A DNA stretch of 64,000 bases from Leptolyngbyaceae cyanobacterium (GCA_965263355.1 CBDHHL010000056.1:448001-512000), one strand, 5' to 3'; numbered from the stretch's first letter, positions 38,100 to 50,798 are shown. A program made the numbers and translations. Notes: generated from the letters alone by a model not told the origin.

Positions 38100-39725
38100 C
38101 TACACGTAAACAAACGTGCTATCTGTCAGTGCCAGCCCTTCTGCCCCCTGGATCACAGCTATCAAATCGCTGCCATTATTTGTTTCTATAAAGAGTCCCT
38201 GACCATCCGCAGTGCCCTCAGGTGCGGCCCCCAGACTATAGCTAAACTGATTATTCAACCGAATTGTGTCACCTTCAGCAACTGTCAGGTCCGTAATCAG
38301 CGCATAGTCTTCTGCCCCGTTTAGGGCGTAGAACGCATGGCGGCGGTTACCCAAAACAAACCGATCAGCGCCTTCATCACCAGTCAGGATATCCATATCG
38401 TTAAGACCTTTGCCGGCACCAAAATAGCCACTACCGACAAGAATATCGTTGTCCAAACCACCGATCAGGATATCAGACCCAAGACTCCCCCACAGACGAT
38501 CATTGCCTGCGCCGCCATCCACAAAGTCATCTCCCTGACGGGCCTTGATCCGGTCATTTCCTGCCAAACCAAGGATGGTGTTGTTTTGCCGATTGCCATT
38601 AATTTTGTTGTTATTGTTGTCACCAACAAAGTCAGGTTCGGGTTCTATAACTCTTTCTGGAGCTGTAGGTGTACCATCGCTAGCCGCAGTGTCAACAGTA
38701 TCTGGCCCCGCTTCTGACACTGGCTCAAAAATAGACTCGTCCACTTCATCTGCTTCAGCCACAGGAGCAGCGCTATCGGGGGTGAGATCGCCACTCCCAA
38801 ACAGCTGAGTCCAGTAACGGTTATAGTTCACGTTCCCGGTGTCATCTTCCAGCTCAAAATAGCCCACACCCAACTCCGTATAGCTGGGATTAAGCATATT
38901 TCGCCGATGACCAGGACTGTCGATCCACCCCTGCACCACCTGTTCTGGTGTCCGCTGACCGGCGGCAATGTTTTCTCCCATCGCTCTAGCGGTGTAGCCT
39001 TCTTGTTCAGCCCGGTCCCAGGGTTTAGACCCATTCAAACCTGTATGGCTAAAGAAATCTCCCTCTGCCATAGCCTGGGAATATTTCTGCGCCGTGGTGG
39101 CCAGTTCCTCATTCATCGTCAAGGGCTCTAAGCCATTTTCAGCCCTAAACTCATTGGTAAGCCGTAACACCGCTTGGGTGAAACTGGCATCGTCCATGGG
39201 GACCGCATCGTCAACCGGCTCCGGGACGGGTGCCGGTGCGGGTTCCGGTGTTGGCTCGGGGGTGGGTGCCGGGGTGGGAACTGGCGTCGCCGGACTGTCA
39301 GGGGTGAGGTCACCACTGCCAAACAGTTGGGTCCAATAATGGTTGTAGTTGACCTGACCGGTGTCATTTTCTAACTCAAAGTAGCCAACACCTAACTCCG
39401 TAAAATTGGCATTGAGCATATTTCGACGATGTCCAGAGCTGTCGATCCACCCTTGAACCACTTGCTCTGGCGTGCTGTAGCCAGCGGCAATGTTTTCTGC
39501 CATTGTTCTGGCTGTGTAGCCCTCATCCTCGGCCCGGTCCCAGGGAGCTGATCCATCTTCGCCAGTGTGGCTAAAGAAATCGTCCTCGGCCATAGTCTGG
39601 GAATACTTTTGAGCTGTGGCGACCAGCTCCTCATTCATGGTGAGGGGGGCTAATCCATTTTGTTGTCTAAAGTCGTTGGTTAAATTTAGTACTTCCTGGG
39701 CAAATTCAGAAAATTGCATAGTCAC
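38100..39725 (-). CDS. Tandem CAP (SCP) domain protein with RTX Ca-binding repeats
   Basis: Two copies of FFSH...ENIAAG...WIDS.GHRRNML...YWTQLFG; GGAGND repeats; PT/PE linker. Confidence 0.93.
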   Translation of the reverse strand: MTMQFSEFAQEVLNLTNDFRQQNGLAPLTMNEELVATAQKYSQTMAEDDFFSHTGEDGSAPWDRAEDEGYTARTMAENIAAGYSTPEQVVQGWIDSSGHRRNMLNANFTELGVGYFELENDTGQVNYNHYWTQLFGSGDLTPDSPATPVPTPAPTPEPTPEPAPAPVPEPVDDAVPMDDASFTQAVLRLTNEFRAENGLEPLTMNEELATTAQKYSQAMAEGDFFSHTGLNGSKPWDRAEQEGYTARAMGENIAAGQRTPEQVVQGWIDSPGHRRNMLNPSYTELGVGYFELEDDTGNVNYNRYWTQLFGSGDLTPDSAAPVAEADEVDESIFEPVSEAGPDTVDTAASDGTPTAPERVIEPEPDFVGDNNNNKINGNRQNNTILGLAGNDRIKARQGDDFVDGGAGNDRLWGSLGSDILIGGLDNDILVGSGYFGAGKGLNDMDILTGDEGADRFVLGNRRHAFYALNGAEDYALITDLTVAEGDTIRLNNQFSYSLGAAPEGTADGQGLFIETNNGSDLIAVIQGAEGLALTDSTFVYV

Positions 39726-40476
39726 AGTATCCTTGTGTAATCAGCACGATCGGTCCCCCCGCCGTTTACGTACGGAGATGTGTTGAAAAACAGGGAATTA
39801 ATATTGTCTTGTGCAGAACAACGCCTAATAATCTCTAGCAATCTGCCAAAGCATTGGCAGACAGGCGCTAGCTGCTGAAACTACAGTAGTTGAAAATCAA
39901 AATTTCAATTGAACATCTCAGTCGCATACTGCAAGTTCAAATACATCTCGCACGGACTTGCGGGTAGGGTATTGCCATTGCTTCTGCATGGATGGCAATG
40001 CGGTAGATTGACCTTATGTCAACAAATGCAAACTTAAAAGATGGCGTGTTGCTACGACCTTTGGCCTATACCGCCAACATAACTGGCACAGTGCGAGTTG
40101 GTTTGGTCTAATTTTTACAGTAACCAAATCCTTGCTTTGATTGAACTATTGATGATCTAGCCAGCATCAGTCGTTAGCCGTCACCATAGCCAGCAAACCT
40201 GTTTAGGTTCGGATTGTAAAGTAACCGTGTTACGGACGGTAGGCAATTTATCTACTGGCCCAGACCGATGCCATTTCTATTTACTTATTTTTCCCACCTA
40301 TCACTACCGCGACATTCTCACCCAAGCATCTCATTATTGATGTGATTGTTCGTGGGTAAGGAAGTGGAGGCTATGTCTACTCCCTATTCAAGTTCAATAT
40401 CGTTTGATCTAAGCATCCGCTGCAAAGCCCAATCTGTGGCAATAGCTACTATTCCCATCGTCAACCTACGCTACAT

Positions 40477-41616
40477 TTGCATGGACTAAGTACAGTTGCC
40501 CTCAACGTGCCCAACCTCACATCCCACGATTTGGATGTTTCGCGGCTTTTGTTTGACCTTAAGCGGTGTGGGGAACTGGTGAGTAGATTTACCGGATGGC
40601 TAGACCCGGATGCGATCGCATCCAGCGTTACCAATGGCTTGATCGAACAATTTGACTGTGCCTTTACCCGTATCTGGCTAGTCGAGCCTGACCGTAGCGC
40701 CCTGCGTCTGGTCGCCTCATCGGGTTTGTACACCAGACTCGATGGTGACTTTGCACGGGTCCCCATGGGAGCGTTCAAAGTGGGCAAAATCGCCCAGCAC
40801 TGTATTCCATTTTTGAGCAACTGCCTACCTGACGAGGACTGGGTCAAGGATCGAGAATGGGCCATTGCCAATAATATTCAGGGATTTGCGGGCTTGCCCC
40901 TGATGACCGAGGACCAGGCCCTGGGGGTACTGGCTATTTTTAGCCATCGTCCCATGGCGGCTGAATTTTTAGAGGTGCTCCAAATTTTGAGCCTGTCGGT
41001 GGCTGGGGCCCTGGCTAGCGCAGTCAATCATCAAAGATTACTCCAAACACCCGATACCGCCCATCTATCTGAACAGATGGCCGCTCTCCTGGGGGGACAA
41101 CGACTCAGTTTACTGGGTACAGAACAGCCATTGGCGCTACCCGTTACTCAACTATTACTCCAGATGGCAAATCGTCTGGTCAAATTGTCATGTCAATATT
41201 GTCGTCTAGTCTACGACACTGACACAGTGGTGCTAGAAGCAATGCTAGCTGCTCAGCAAACGCAACCTTGGGGAGAAACGGCACTGACTAGGATTTTTCA
41301 AGACATCTTAATCACAGGCAAAACATTACAAGGTGAGTTACAAATTCAGACCGGTCCAGATGTGGCCCAGATCCGTCTACAGCTACCGCAACAGGGCCAA
41401 TCTACCCCCTCCCTTGTGGCCTCTCCCCTCTCTGAACGAGAATTGGAAGTGATGCAATTGCTAGCCCGAGGACATCGCGATCGCGATATTGCTGAACAAC
41501 TTTACATCAGTGAGAGAACCGTCAAATTTCACGCTAAAAATTTACTGGGAAAGCTCGGTGTCCGCACTCGCATTCAGGCTATTTTTGAAGCTACCCAGAA
41601 AGGCTGGTTAAGCTAG
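40477..41616 (+). CDS. GAF-domain LuxR-family transcriptional regulator (start may be GTG 40507)
   Basis: GAF ([14 protein letters not shown]); [33 protein letters not shown]. Confidence 0.92.
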   Translation: MHGLSTVALNVPNLTSHDLDVSRLLFDLKRCGELVSRFTGWLDPDAIASSVTNGLIEQFDCAFTRIWLVEPDRSALRLVASSGLYTRLDGDFARVPMGAFKVGKIAQHCIPFLSNCLPDEDWVKDREWAIANNIQGFAGLPLMTEDQALGVLAIFSHRPMAAEFLEVLQILSLSVAGALASAVNHQRLLQTPDTAHLSEQMAALLGGQRLSLLGTEQPLALPVTQLLLQMANRLVKLSCQYCRLVYDTDTVVLEAMLAAQQTQPWGETALTRIFQDILITGKTLQGELQIQTGPDVAQIRLQLPQQGQSTPSLVASPLSERELEVMQLLARGHRDRDIAEQLYISERTVKFHAKNLLGKLGVRTRIQAIFEATQKGWLS

Positions 41617-44311
41617 TACTGTGGGGCATAGGTTTACTCACCCGTGTTTCCAGCGCTTCAACAATCAGGTCAAACCGATAGGCATAGACTAGTTCGTTTA
41701 GGGTGGCTCTTAAGGATGCATACTGGTCCGGTATTTGGGTAAGAATCTTTTCAACTTTCTTTGTATTCAATGATTGCGAGGCTTGAAGAAGCTGCCTCTG
41801 CCAATCTGTAGATTGATATTTGAGGTCTGCCAGTCCGTGGGACTGGTCAGTGGACGTTGCTGGAGTGGAAATTGCATCATGCTGTCCATCGTCTTCTATG
41901 AAGTTCACCTGCAAATGTTGGGCCATTTGCTCCCAAATTTCCGGGGGACTAAAAGGTTTCAAAACAAATCCATCAAATCCATCCTTTAAGGCTTGGTTGC
42001 GATCGTAATCAAACACATTTGCCGTTAACGCAATGATGATGGGCGGATTATCCATCGCTTTAAGCTGTTTCATCGCGGTTTTGCCATCCATAACAGGCAT
42101 TTGTAAATCCATCCAAATCAGATGGGGATGCCATTGTTGATGTTTCTCGATGGCGTCTTGTCCATTCACAGCTGCTTGAGTGTCAAAACCAACTGAAGCT
42201 AGAAGCGTTAGCAGCAACTGACGATTGTCCATATGATCGTCAACAATTAGAATTCGCCAGGAAGGTTGGTTGGGGGCTAACTGTACCACATTGGTGTATC
42301 GAGGCTCATTGGCTATGGGTGGTGGGGCATAGACCTGTTTAGCTTGTATGGTGCAGTAAAAGGTGCTGCCTTTGTTGAGCACACTATTAACGGTAATATC
42401 CCCACCAAGAAGCCTGGCAAACTTACGACTAATGGCCAGGCCCAGACCGGTTCCTTCCTGGCTTTGTCGCCCCGTTCGAGTTTGTACAAACGGGGTGAAA
42501 ATATCTTTCAAACCTGAAGTATCGATACCTAAACCAGTATCACTAATGGCAAACTGCAAATATAAGGCATCATCTGTTTCCGTATTTTCCAGTTGACATA
42601 CACTCAAGCTAACCATCCCTTTCGGCGTAAACTTAATCGCATTCCCCAGAAGATTAATCAGAATTTGTCGTAACTTAATCGTGTCGGTTTCAATAAAGTG
42701 TGGAAGTGCCGACCCATGGGTAACAGAAAGCTTAATCCCTTTAGTATCAGCTTTCAGCTGCATCATAGATTTCAACGTTTCTAACAGTACGGGGAGATCT
42801 AAGATTGATTGATGGACAATGGCCCGCCCAGCCTCAATTTTGGAGAGTTCTAAAACATCATTGATTAAGGTTAATAAATGTTCGCCGCTGCGGTTGATGC
42901 TGCTGACATGGTTTTGATTGGCCTCAGCTAGATTGCGTTCCCGTTGAAGTAACTGACTGAACCCCAAAATGGCATTTAAGGGTGTGCGTAGTTCATGGCT
43001 CATATTGGCCAGGAACTCTGTTTTGGCCTGGTTAGCGATTTCAGCTTTTTCTTTTGCGGTTGCCAGTTCTGCAGTTCTTTTCTCTACACGTTTTTCGAGG
43101 GTTTGTTGCACCAACTTGAGTTCGGCTTCATTGGCACGCAGTTCTCGTTCAATTTGTCGTTGCTGCCGATTAGAGCGGAGTAACAACAGGATCGTGACAG
43201 AGCCGGTAAAGAAGACGATTGAAATAATAATAAGTAAATTTCGGTTGTCTTCCATCCAGGAAGCCTCTTGATTAATTAAGCGACTGTCTGGGGGTAGATT
43301 ATCCAGGGATAAGCCCGCCCGTTTGAGCATCCTGGCATCAAAAATCCATAAATTTTTCGATTGGGTGACCGGGGGAATTTGCTCAACGGGTTTGCTATCC
43401 AGAATTTGTAGCGCTAACTCAACGGCTTGTTGGGCATGGTAATTCCCATCTAAGACTTTTCCTCCGACCACCCCTTCACCCACCATAAATGAACTGACGG
43501 CGTAAATAGGGTTAGGAATGGTTTTGGCAAGGAAATTTGACCCTTGATTAAAATCGACTAAGGGTCCATTAGCAGAGTCTTGACGAAGTTGTCCCAGCAT
43601 GAAAATGGGCCAATGCTCAGGATATTTGCCAATTTCTTCGGCGACCTTTTGCGGTATCAGATCGATTATATAGATAATGTCTTTAGGAGCCTGGGGGTGA
43701 GTTTGGAGTTGCCCCAGCCGCTTGCGATTCGCTTCACCGGATGCGGTCGAGTCACTAATAAGAATGATGCCATCACTGTTCGTTTGGCGAACGGCCTCCA
43801 GGAACGTTTCCTCAAAACTAAGCGTTTCAAAAACTCCCGTCATGCCAGAATTGTTCAGGAGCGACTCTCGGACATGATTGAGGCCAAAATAGACGAGGGG
43901 AACGTCAGTCAGAAATGTACGACGATACTCCAGGACTAAATCTAAACCTGGGTCGTCGCCCACCATCAATATATCAATGGGCGTCTCTTGATATTTCTGC
44001 TGTAAGTACTTTAGAAAGTCTTGTTTGTGCGGGACATTAGGATATCGCTTCAGGTCTAAGTATTCGTGAAAAATGTTAACATTGCGATCGCTGTTTTGAA
44101 ATCCTTGATCGATCCCCTCCTTTTCCTGTTGGGTCCAGGATAGCTCTGCATGATAGGAGTGAATGACGAGGACATTTTGATTGGCGAAAGCCGGGGCACT
44201 GACACCCGTCATCAACAGCCCAACCGATATCAAAATTTGGTGACCCCTGTGCCTTAAGGCTTTGTGGAGAATCAGCTGAATAATTTTGCTGAATTGACGA
44301 TTTTTCCCCAT
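41591..44311 (-). CDS. Hybrid sensor histidine kinase with periplasmic ABC-substrate-binding-like sensor and REC
   Basis: [45 protein letters not shown]. Confidence 0.93.
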   Translation of the reverse strand: MGKNRQFSKIIQLILHKALRHRGHQILISVGLLMTGVSAPAFANQNVLVIHSYHAELSWTQQEKEGIDQGFQNSDRNVNIFHEYLDLKRYPNVPHKQDFLKYLQQKYQETPIDILMVGDDPGLDLVLEYRRTFLTDVPLVYFGLNHVRESLLNNSGMTGVFETLSFEETFLEAVRQTNSDGIILISDSTASGEANRKRLGQLQTHPQAPKDIIYIIDLIPQKVAEEIGKYPEHWPIFMLGQLRQDSANGPLVDFNQGSNFLAKTIPNPIYAVSSFMVGEGVVGGKVLDGNYHAQQAVELALQILDSKPVEQIPPVTQSKNLWIFDARMLKRAGLSLDNLPPDSRLINQEASWMEDNRNLLIIISIVFFTGSVTILLLLRSNRQQRQIERELRANEAELKLVQQTLEKRVEKRTAELATAKEKAEIANQAKTEFLANMSHELRTPLNAILGFSQLLQRERNLAEANQNHVSSINRSGEHLLTLINDVLELSKIEAGRAIVHQSILDLPVLLETLKSMMQLKADTKGIKLSVTHGSALPHFIETDTIKLRQILINLLGNAIKFTPKGMVSLSVCQLENTETDDALYLQFAISDTGLGIDTSGLKDIFTPFVQTRTGRQSQEGTGLGLAISRKFARLLGGDITVNSVLNKGSTFYCTIQAKQVYAPPPIANEPRYTNVVQLAPNQPSWRILIVDDHMDNRQLLLTLLASVGFDTQAAVNGQDAIEKHQQWHPHLIWMDLQMPVMDGKTAMKQLKAMDNPPIIIALTANVFDYDRNQALKDGFDGFVLKPFSPPEIWEQMAQHLQVNFIEDDGQHDAISTPATSTDQSHGLADLKYQSTDWQRQLLQASQSLNTKKVEKILTQIPDQYASLRATLNELVYAYRFDLIVEALETRVSKPMPHSTSLTSLSG

Positions 44312-44594
44312 GGGTTATAGAATTCCAATCAGCGTCAGAGTGGTGCCCATAACATACCCTCCATGGCCAAGCAGTAAGCCCTTCATTCACCCCATTGGAG
44401 TATCGACGCATCTAGTCCTAAGCCAGTAGCCTATCTAAGGCTGTACTCCATAACTTATACCAGACCCTAAACGCGTCAATCCCAATTTTTAGCGTTGACA
44501 CAGTACTAGCTTCTTGCCACTAAAATTAAAACTTGACAGTCTACTAGACGTTTTCTAATAGTTTATAAGACTGTTTTTTGGTTTGAGAAAAGCT

Positions 44595-45263
44595 ATGCGG
44601 TATCGTGCGATCGCAACCGACTATGACGGCACCCTGGCCACCGATGGCCAAGTTGATGACACCACCCTGACAGCCCTCAAACGCTACCAGCAAGCAGGCG
44701 GTCAGCTACTGATGGTGACTGGTCGTGAATTGACAGACCTCCAGCGGGCCTTCCCAGATTTAACCATATTTGACGGTGTCGTTGTTGAAAACGGCGCTGT
44801 TTATTTTCAACCATCTAGCCAACGGCTCCAGCTCTTAGCCAAACCGTTCCCCACTGACTTTGTCTCCACTCTTGAGGCTCAGCAGGTAAGCCCTATTCAC
44901 ACCGGTCACATTATTGTTTCCACCTGGCAGCCCCATGGAGCAGTGGTCCAGCAAACCATCGAGGATATGGGCCTGGCTGCTCAGGTGATCATGAACAAGC
45001 GGGCTGTCATGGTGCTGCCAGCGGACGTCACTAAAGCCACCGGTCTTAACGTTGCCCTGACAGATCGTGGTCTTACCGCCGCCGAAGTTGCCGGTATCGG
45101 CGATGCTGAAAATGACTTTGACTTGCTTAAACACTGTGGTTTAGGCGTTGCCGTCGCCAACGCCCTACCCGCTGTCAAAGCGATGGCCGATCGGGTAACC
45201 ACCCAATCTCGTGGTGCCGGTGTGGCAGAACTCATCGATTGGATTCTAAACGATGACTTCTAG
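44595..45263 (+). CDS. HAD-superfamily hydrolase (Cof/IIB type)
   Basis: DYDGTL, TGR, ENGA, K.GL, GDAEND. Confidence 0.92.
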   Translation: MRYRAIATDYDGTLATDGQVDDTTLTALKRYQQAGGQLLMVTGRELTDLQRAFPDLTIFDGVVVENGAVYFQPSSQRLQLLAKPFPTDFVSTLEAQQVSPIHTGHIIVSTWQPHGAVVQQTIEDMGLAAQVIMNKRAVMVLPADVTKATGLNVALTDRGLTAAEVAGIGDAENDFDLLKHCGLGVAVANALPAVKAMADRVTTQSRGAGVAELIDWILNDDF

Positions 45264-45294
45264 GTTTATCCTTTAGACTGAGCGTAGTCGAAGT

Positions 45295-45729
45295 CTACGC
45301 ATTGGGATCTGCACTCCGATTCAACGAATAGCGATTAATATCCTCTCGCTTTACCCAACCACGCCTAGCCCAGTAGGCATTGGCCAAGCCATTGTCCACC
45401 TGCACATCGATATGGGTTTTAAAAATACCCAGGGTCTCAAGTTTGGATAGACAACAATCAACCAGGGCTGACGCAATGCCCTGGTTACGATAGCTTGGCA
45501 AAACAACAACATGCTGCAAATAGCCCCGTCTACCATCGTGGCCACCCATAGCACAGGCAATCACGATATCCCCATCAAGGGCGACAAAACTTAACCCTGG
45601 ATTACGCTCAAGATAACGAGCTGTTGCCTGCCTAGAATCTGCCGAACGAAACGTTACCCCAGGTGTTTTTCGCATCAATTCTGCCACAGCATCATAATGA
45701 CCGATGGTCATCTCAGCAATGTCTACCAC
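45295..45729 (-). CDS. GNAT acetyltransferase (YpeA-like)
   Basis: GHDGRRGYLQH, YRNQGIA. Confidence 0.9.
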   Translation of the reverse strand: MVDIAEMTIGHYDAVAELMRKTPGVTFRSADSRQATARYLERNPGLSFVALDGDIVIACAMGGHDGRRGYLQHVVVLPSYRNQGIASALVDCCLSKLETLGIFKTHIDVQVDNGLANAYWARRGWVKREDINRYSLNRSADPNA

Positions 45730-45781
45730 GCTTATAAGTCACCCAACAACAACTTTATAGTTACATGGGTTGCGCCTTAGT

Positions 45782-47119
45782 CTAAACCTCATTTTGAGAA
45801 GACTTATATTCACCAAAGCCCCAGTAGGCCTTGCTACCATGCTCACTTACATCCAGCCCCAGGAGTTCTTGTTGGGCAGAGACCCGAATGCCCACTAGTA
45901 CTTTGAGCATCAGCCAAAAGAAACCGCTAAGTATGACCGTAAACCCGCCGATCACCATCACCCCAAACAATTGAATCATTAGCTGGTTAAAGCCAGAGAC
46001 GGTAGAAAATATACCAACGGCTAAGGTTCCCCAGATGCCACAGACCAAATGTACCGCAAGGGCACCGACGGGATCATCAATCTGAAGCTGATCAAAAAAC
46101 ATAACTGCTGCCACAATGAGTATGCCTGCGATCGCACCAATCATAACCGCATTGCTGTAGCTCACTGCGTTACAGCCCGCCGTAATAGCCACCAATCCCC
46201 CCAACAATCCATTAATACCAATAGACAAATCGGGTTTACCAAATATTAACTGCGACAACAGCAGCGCACTCACCAACCCAGACGCTGCCGAGAGATTAGT
46301 CGTCACCGCAATGTAAACAACATCGGTGTTAGCTGCCAGGGTAGATCCAGCATTAAATCCAAACCAACCAATCCACAAAATCATACAGCCGACCATAGCC
46401 AGACTAAGATAGTGCCCTGGCATCGGTATGGGAATACCATTCTCCTGATATCGCTGCAACCGAGGCCCCAGGAAAATGCCCCCCAACAACCCGGCCCACC
46501 CCCCCACCGAATGCACTACGGTCGAACCAGCAAAATCAATAAACCCTAAAGAGCTAAGCCAGCCATCGGTACCCCAAACCCAGTGCCCCGTAATCGGGTA
46601 AGCAATCCCCGTAAGCAGTATGCTAAACAGCACAAACGCCCTAAACCGAATTCGCTCTGCCACAGTGCCAGAAACGATGGTAGCCGCTGTGCCAGCAAAT
46701 GCCGTTTGAAATAAAAAGAACGTGGGAAGCTCCAAGGTACTGTTACCTAGGCCATAACTCTCAGGCGTTCCAGCTAAAAACCAGTCGCTGCTACCAATTA
46801 AAGGACTGCCCTGCCCAAACATCCAGGCAAACCCCGTTGCCCAAAAGGCCAGACTAGCTAACGCAAAAACAATCAGATTCTTGGAAAGGATGTTGACCGC
46901 ATTTTTACGACGACAAAAGCCAGTTTCAATCATGGCAAACCCGGCATTCATAAAAATGACCAAAATGGCTGCAATCAGCACCCAGATATTATCTAATGTC
47001 GCTTGTATCTGAGCAGCATCCTGAGTTTGGGCCAGCCCAGGTAGAAATAAACAGAGCCAAGCGGCAAAGGTAGCGGTAGAAACTAGGCTTAACCTGGAGC
47101 AATGCGTCAGAAATTTCAT
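45782..47119 (-). CDS. amt: Ammonium transporter (Amt family)
   Basis: [43 protein letters not shown]. Confidence 0.95.
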   Translation of the reverse strand: MKFLTHCSRLSLVSTATFAAWLCLFLPGLAQTQDAAQIQATLDNIWVLIAAILVIFMNAGFAMIETGFCRRKNAVNILSKNLIVFALASLAFWATGFAWMFGQGSPLIGSSDWFLAGTPESYGLGNSTLELPTFFLFQTAFAGTAATIVSGTVAERIRFRAFVLFSILLTGIAYPITGHWVWGTDGWLSSLGFIDFAGSTVVHSVGGWAGLLGGIFLGPRLQRYQENGIPIPMPGHYLSLAMVGCMILWIGWFGFNAGSTLAANTDVVYIAVTTNLSAASGLVSALLLSQLIFGKPDLSIGINGLLGGLVAITAGCNAVSYSNAVMIGAIAGILIVAAVMFFDQLQIDDPVGALAVHLVCGIWGTLAVGIFSTVSGFNQLMIQLFGVMVIGGFTVILSGFFWLMLKVLVGIRVSAQQELLGLDVSEHGSKAYWGFGEYKSSQNEV

Positions 47120-47145
47120 AGGTGATCATTGAACCTAAATCACAA

Positions 47146-47190
47146 AGTTAGAACGGTGGATTTTCTGATAAAAAAACTACCGTTCTAGCT
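47146..47190. promoter_or_regulatory. Hairpin just upstream of amt, loosely related to the 20308/27402 element
   Basis: AGTTAGAACGGTGGATTTT...AAAACTACCGTTCTAGCT. Confidence 0.45.
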
Positions 47191-48244
47191 CTGGATCGGG
47201 TCTAGTCAGGAATAACGCTTCTGCAATACCTAGTATTTCCTAAGTACCCCTAAAAATTATGTAACAATGAACACCCTTACACTGATATACTGTCACGCTA
47301 TATCAAGCACCCCACAGACCTAACGCTAAGTGCTTGCCCGCTCCTCTGAATAGTACATAGGAGCTATGTCATTAGATAACGGGGTTAAATGATAGGGCTA
47401 ACTCTCATCTAAGTTTTTAGGGATGAAGGGGCTAAGACATCAACACAACAACTTACACTTTCTTCTAAGCTGTTGCGATGTTAAGCTCCATTTGACTTAA
47501 TGTTATTGCTGGTTGTAACAATCTATTGTCTATCTGCAGAAATGCTCACGTCGGCGTCAAAAACAGCCCCTATCTGCGAGACTCTCAAAAGATACGAGTA
47601 GGGTGTCCTTTTGTATTTGGTCCATCTGTTTGAGAACAACGTCCTTTGAAAGTTACTTGAAGGTACTTATACCATGTCTAGCATTTTCGCTTCGCATCAG
47701 TCTACAGTTGGTATTGAGACAGTAGTGAATAACCATGATACTAGGGTGCGATCTTATTTGGCCTAGCTGATGCAAGCTGCCCACCAACACAGGGCTATCC
47801 AGCATCCATATTTATCCATATTTAAAGGCATTGGCCAACCGAAGGCACTGGTTCCGTGCAATGAGGAAAAAGGGCTAAAATGCCTGCTGAGCAAAGGTTT
47901 TAGCGATCTATCCCTAAAATAGCTGTATCCCTTGTATTGCAAGCGCTCTAACTGAATTATCCCATCAGGCAGAACCAGTACCCACTCAAAAAGACATCTC
48001 AAGCTAAAACGCACCGCTCATATCTCAGCAAATGGCTGCTTTAGATGCATTAGATGCCGCCCTAAACATCCTGACCACGTTCATACGTTTCGCATCTCCT
48101 AGGGAGATTAACTTTGGGTCAATAATCGCTGCCTGGCCCACGATCGCAGGGCTTATACAGAAAATGTAAACCGACCTCGACGCATGAGCAGAATGTGGGT
48201 GCAGCACCGTTAAAAAATCCTGTGAGCAAAAAGCAATCGTTTGC

Positions 48245-48487
48245 TTATATCGCTTCGGAATAATGTACCATCCGCTTTTCTGGAGCTGGGCGACGGACAA
48301 CCGATACAAGTAAAACCTCGCGTCCTTGACGCTCTATATCGTTGACATAGCGCAGTTGTTCTTCAAGTGCTTCGCTTTCTGACTCAAAAGGACCAAAGAA
48401 ATAGCCGCAGCTCGGAGATGCGGCCATTATTTCCAGCCACCAGGACTGATTAAGCAGGCTAAAGACCTGATTTATAAGGTTTTCCAT
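48245..48487 (-). CDS. DUF1816-family protein (the ORF track strand label is wrong)
   Basis: CAT at 48485-48487 and TTA at 48245-48247; WWLEI...PSCGYFFGPF...EA......YVND. Confidence 0.85.
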   Translation of the reverse strand: MENLINQVFSLLNQSWWLEIMAASPSCGYFFGPFESESEALEEQLRYVNDIERQGREVLLVSVVRRPAPEKRMVHYSEAI

Positions 48488-48686
48488 AGTTTAGGTGGGG
48501 CGGTGAATAAACGTAGATGCGTGTTCTTTTAGAACACATAAGTTTTCTTATACTGTGCTGACTGTTTTACACCTGTCGGCCTTGATACTTTTTGACTACT
48601 AAACGCATCAAAAAAGTCACAAAAAAATAATTCTAAGTGAACGGATGATGATTATAGTACATAGAGCAGCATCCTATGGGTGTTAT

Positions 48687-49127
48687 TTAGCTTACTTCCT
48701 GCACAAATTCGACAATATTGCCATCCGGGTCCGCAACCATGGCAATTCTGATCCCGTTGCTAAACTGGGTGACTGGTTGTATGATTGCGATCGCATTCTG
48801 CCGTATTCGTGTCATAACCGCATCAAGATCGGGCATTAGTAAGGTAATATATCGATAGCCCAGTGTTGTCGCAATTCCTGTCGATTTTTGAGCGCATGGC
48901 CCCTGATCTAGTTCTACTAGCTTAATCAATGATTCACCGTGCTTAAGCTGTACCATCCGTCCCTTGCCAATCAGCGAAGTTGTCACTTGTGCTACAACTG
49001 GCAAATGCAATAGGTCTCGATAGAAACCAAGAGAACGCTCCATATTGGCCACAACAATGCCAATATCAATGGCAATACGGGTAGATGCTTGCATTGAACT
49101 AATTGTATTCCTCCCAACCTTCGACAT
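48687..49127 (-). CDS. VOC/glyoxalase family protein
   Basis: IGIVVANMERSLGFYRDLL, DPDGNIVEF. Confidence 0.9.
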   Translation of the reverse strand: MSKVGRNTISSMQASTRIAIDIGIVVANMERSLGFYRDLLHLPVVAQVTTSLIGKGRMVQLKHGESLIKLVELDQGPCAQKSTGIATTLGYRYITLLMPDLDAVMTRIRQNAIAIIQPVTQFSNGIRIAMVADPDGNIVEFVQEVS

Positions 49128-49157
49128 GGTCAGGGCCAGAGTTGTTCCTCATAATTA

Positions 49158-49769
49158 TCAGGCATTCTCTCTTGTCATGGTTATATAACCAGGAAGCGCC
49201 TCAAAATCTTTAAACCATCGCTGAATATTGGTATAAGCTGATAAGTCGAATCCACCTTCATCAGCGACATGAGTATAAGCATACAAACTAATATCTGCAA
49301 TTGTTACCTGAGCCCCTAAAAAGAATTGATTCTCAGCTAAATGGTTTTCCATAACGGTAAGTGCCCTATGACCACCAGGCTGCTTAGCATGATATTCAGC
49401 TTCTCGTTCCTTAGGCAACCCTAAATACTTATTAATGTATCTTGCTGTGGCAATGTATGGTTCATGGCTATATTGTTCAAAAAACTGCCACTGCAATACT
49501 TTAGCCCTTGCATAGTTACCCTCAGGAAGCCATGGGGTATCTACAGCTAAATAGTTCAAAATTGCATTGGATTCCCAGAGATATTGACCCCCATCGAATT
49601 GAATAACCGGAATTCTTGCGTTGGGGTTCATCCGTTTAAATTCTTCCGTATGGGTCTCACTGACAAGAATGTCAACAGATATCCATTCATGCTTGATGTC
49701 AAGAAATTGCATTAACAATTTAACCTTGTAGCAATTCCCCGACAGCATATCCCCAAAGACCTTATACAT
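49158..49769 (-). CDS. Glutathione S-transferase
   Basis: SGNCYKV, NPNARIP, ESNAI, TIADISLYAY; RBS CAGGAGA before ATG 49769. Confidence 0.93.
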   Translation of the reverse strand: MYKVFGDMLSGNCYKVKLLMQFLDIKHEWISVDILVSETHTEEFKRMNPNARIPVIQFDGGQYLWESNAILNYLAVDTPWLPEGNYARAKVLQWQFFEQYSHEPYIATARYINKYLGLPKEREAEYHAKQPGGHRALTVMENHLAENQFFLGAQVTIADISLYAYTHVADEGGFDLSAYTNIQRWFKDFEALPGYITMTRENA

Positions 49770-50798
49770 GGCATCTCCTGATTTGACGATGAACCTGTTA
49801 AAACAGGTGAGCCTTCTCACAGTAATAGGCTATTAAAACAGTATCAAAGCATGGCATGCATCATTTTTATACAAACTATCAATAGTTGAATCGTCAAGAA
49901 AAAAATGAGTAGGATTTAAGTTATTAGCGAAGCAACTTAACCTCAAACGTAAAATTTGGGTCAGCGTAGTGGACACATAAGCCCATGGCATTGATCCGGC
50001 ATAGTGCTCAATCGGTCCTTGTTACAGTACTTAAGTTGCGGGTTAAATCCAAGGGTAAATCCTGGTTTGACCCCGCAATAATCCATCACGGGCATTTACT
50101 AACGACCTTTCCGTTCCCAGTAGACTTTAGCGGGGCGCGTTTCGATTACTACCGTTAGCAGTCGAAACCCACCCTGCCCAGCCAAACGTTTTCGCACTGA
50201 ATTCAGATTTGCTATACCCATAAATCATCCAAGGTTTTCCCACAATCTTTACTACCTATGGGATCACCGCATCCCCTCCTGGGAAGAACAAACGAAAAGT
50301 CTAGAGGATGTTTCAGTGGTGGACATAAAGCATTCCTGTGGGCATGACTCGATAAATATAGTTACAAATCCCTCTTTGTCCTCTCTCTTACCATTCTCAC
50401 TCGGCATACAGGTCCGCAAAAATTCTTGAATGCTCAGTCTAGAATGTTCGCTCTGCGAAAGAATGTTAAATGAAAATTGGTAGAATGTGATTGCCTAATT
50501 ATTCTTTTAAATTTGTCGTATGCCCTGCAATATTGTCCCTTTGTAGTAGTTAACCCTCTGACTTTTTAAGAAATCTAAGGCATCTTCTCCAGATTGTTTA
50601 TAGTGTATGCGCACATCCAGTATAAATATTCTAAACAGGCACATCATAATTGGTTACTAGGGATCTGAGCTTGAGTAGTAGCTGATATCGCTAAGCCTAA
50701 CTATATAAACTCTGCATAAAGTTTCTATCCTTCGCCCGTAACCCTCTCTGGGTAGGCTGTGTCAAACCACACAGTCTGCGTTATTCCTTGCATCGCCC

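Noticed and set aside
38775..39710. DNA-level direct repeat as a mobile element
   Set aside because: Explained by the two CAP domains of one gene
47261..47274. NtcA box upstream of amt (GTG-N8-TAC on the minus strand)
   Set aside because: One mismatch to consensus and no TAN3T at the expected distance; plausible but not supportable by eye
45295..49800. GNAT, VOC and GST genes as integron cassettes
   Set aside because: Only an isolated GTTGGGT core-like word before the GNAT gene; no paired attC hairpins found
50020..50150. Cobalamin riboswitch or tmRNA start
   Set aside because: Only short word matches (GGGAA, CCCGCAAC, ACTGTAA; GGGGC..TTTCGA); the order and spacing of conserved boxes do not fit
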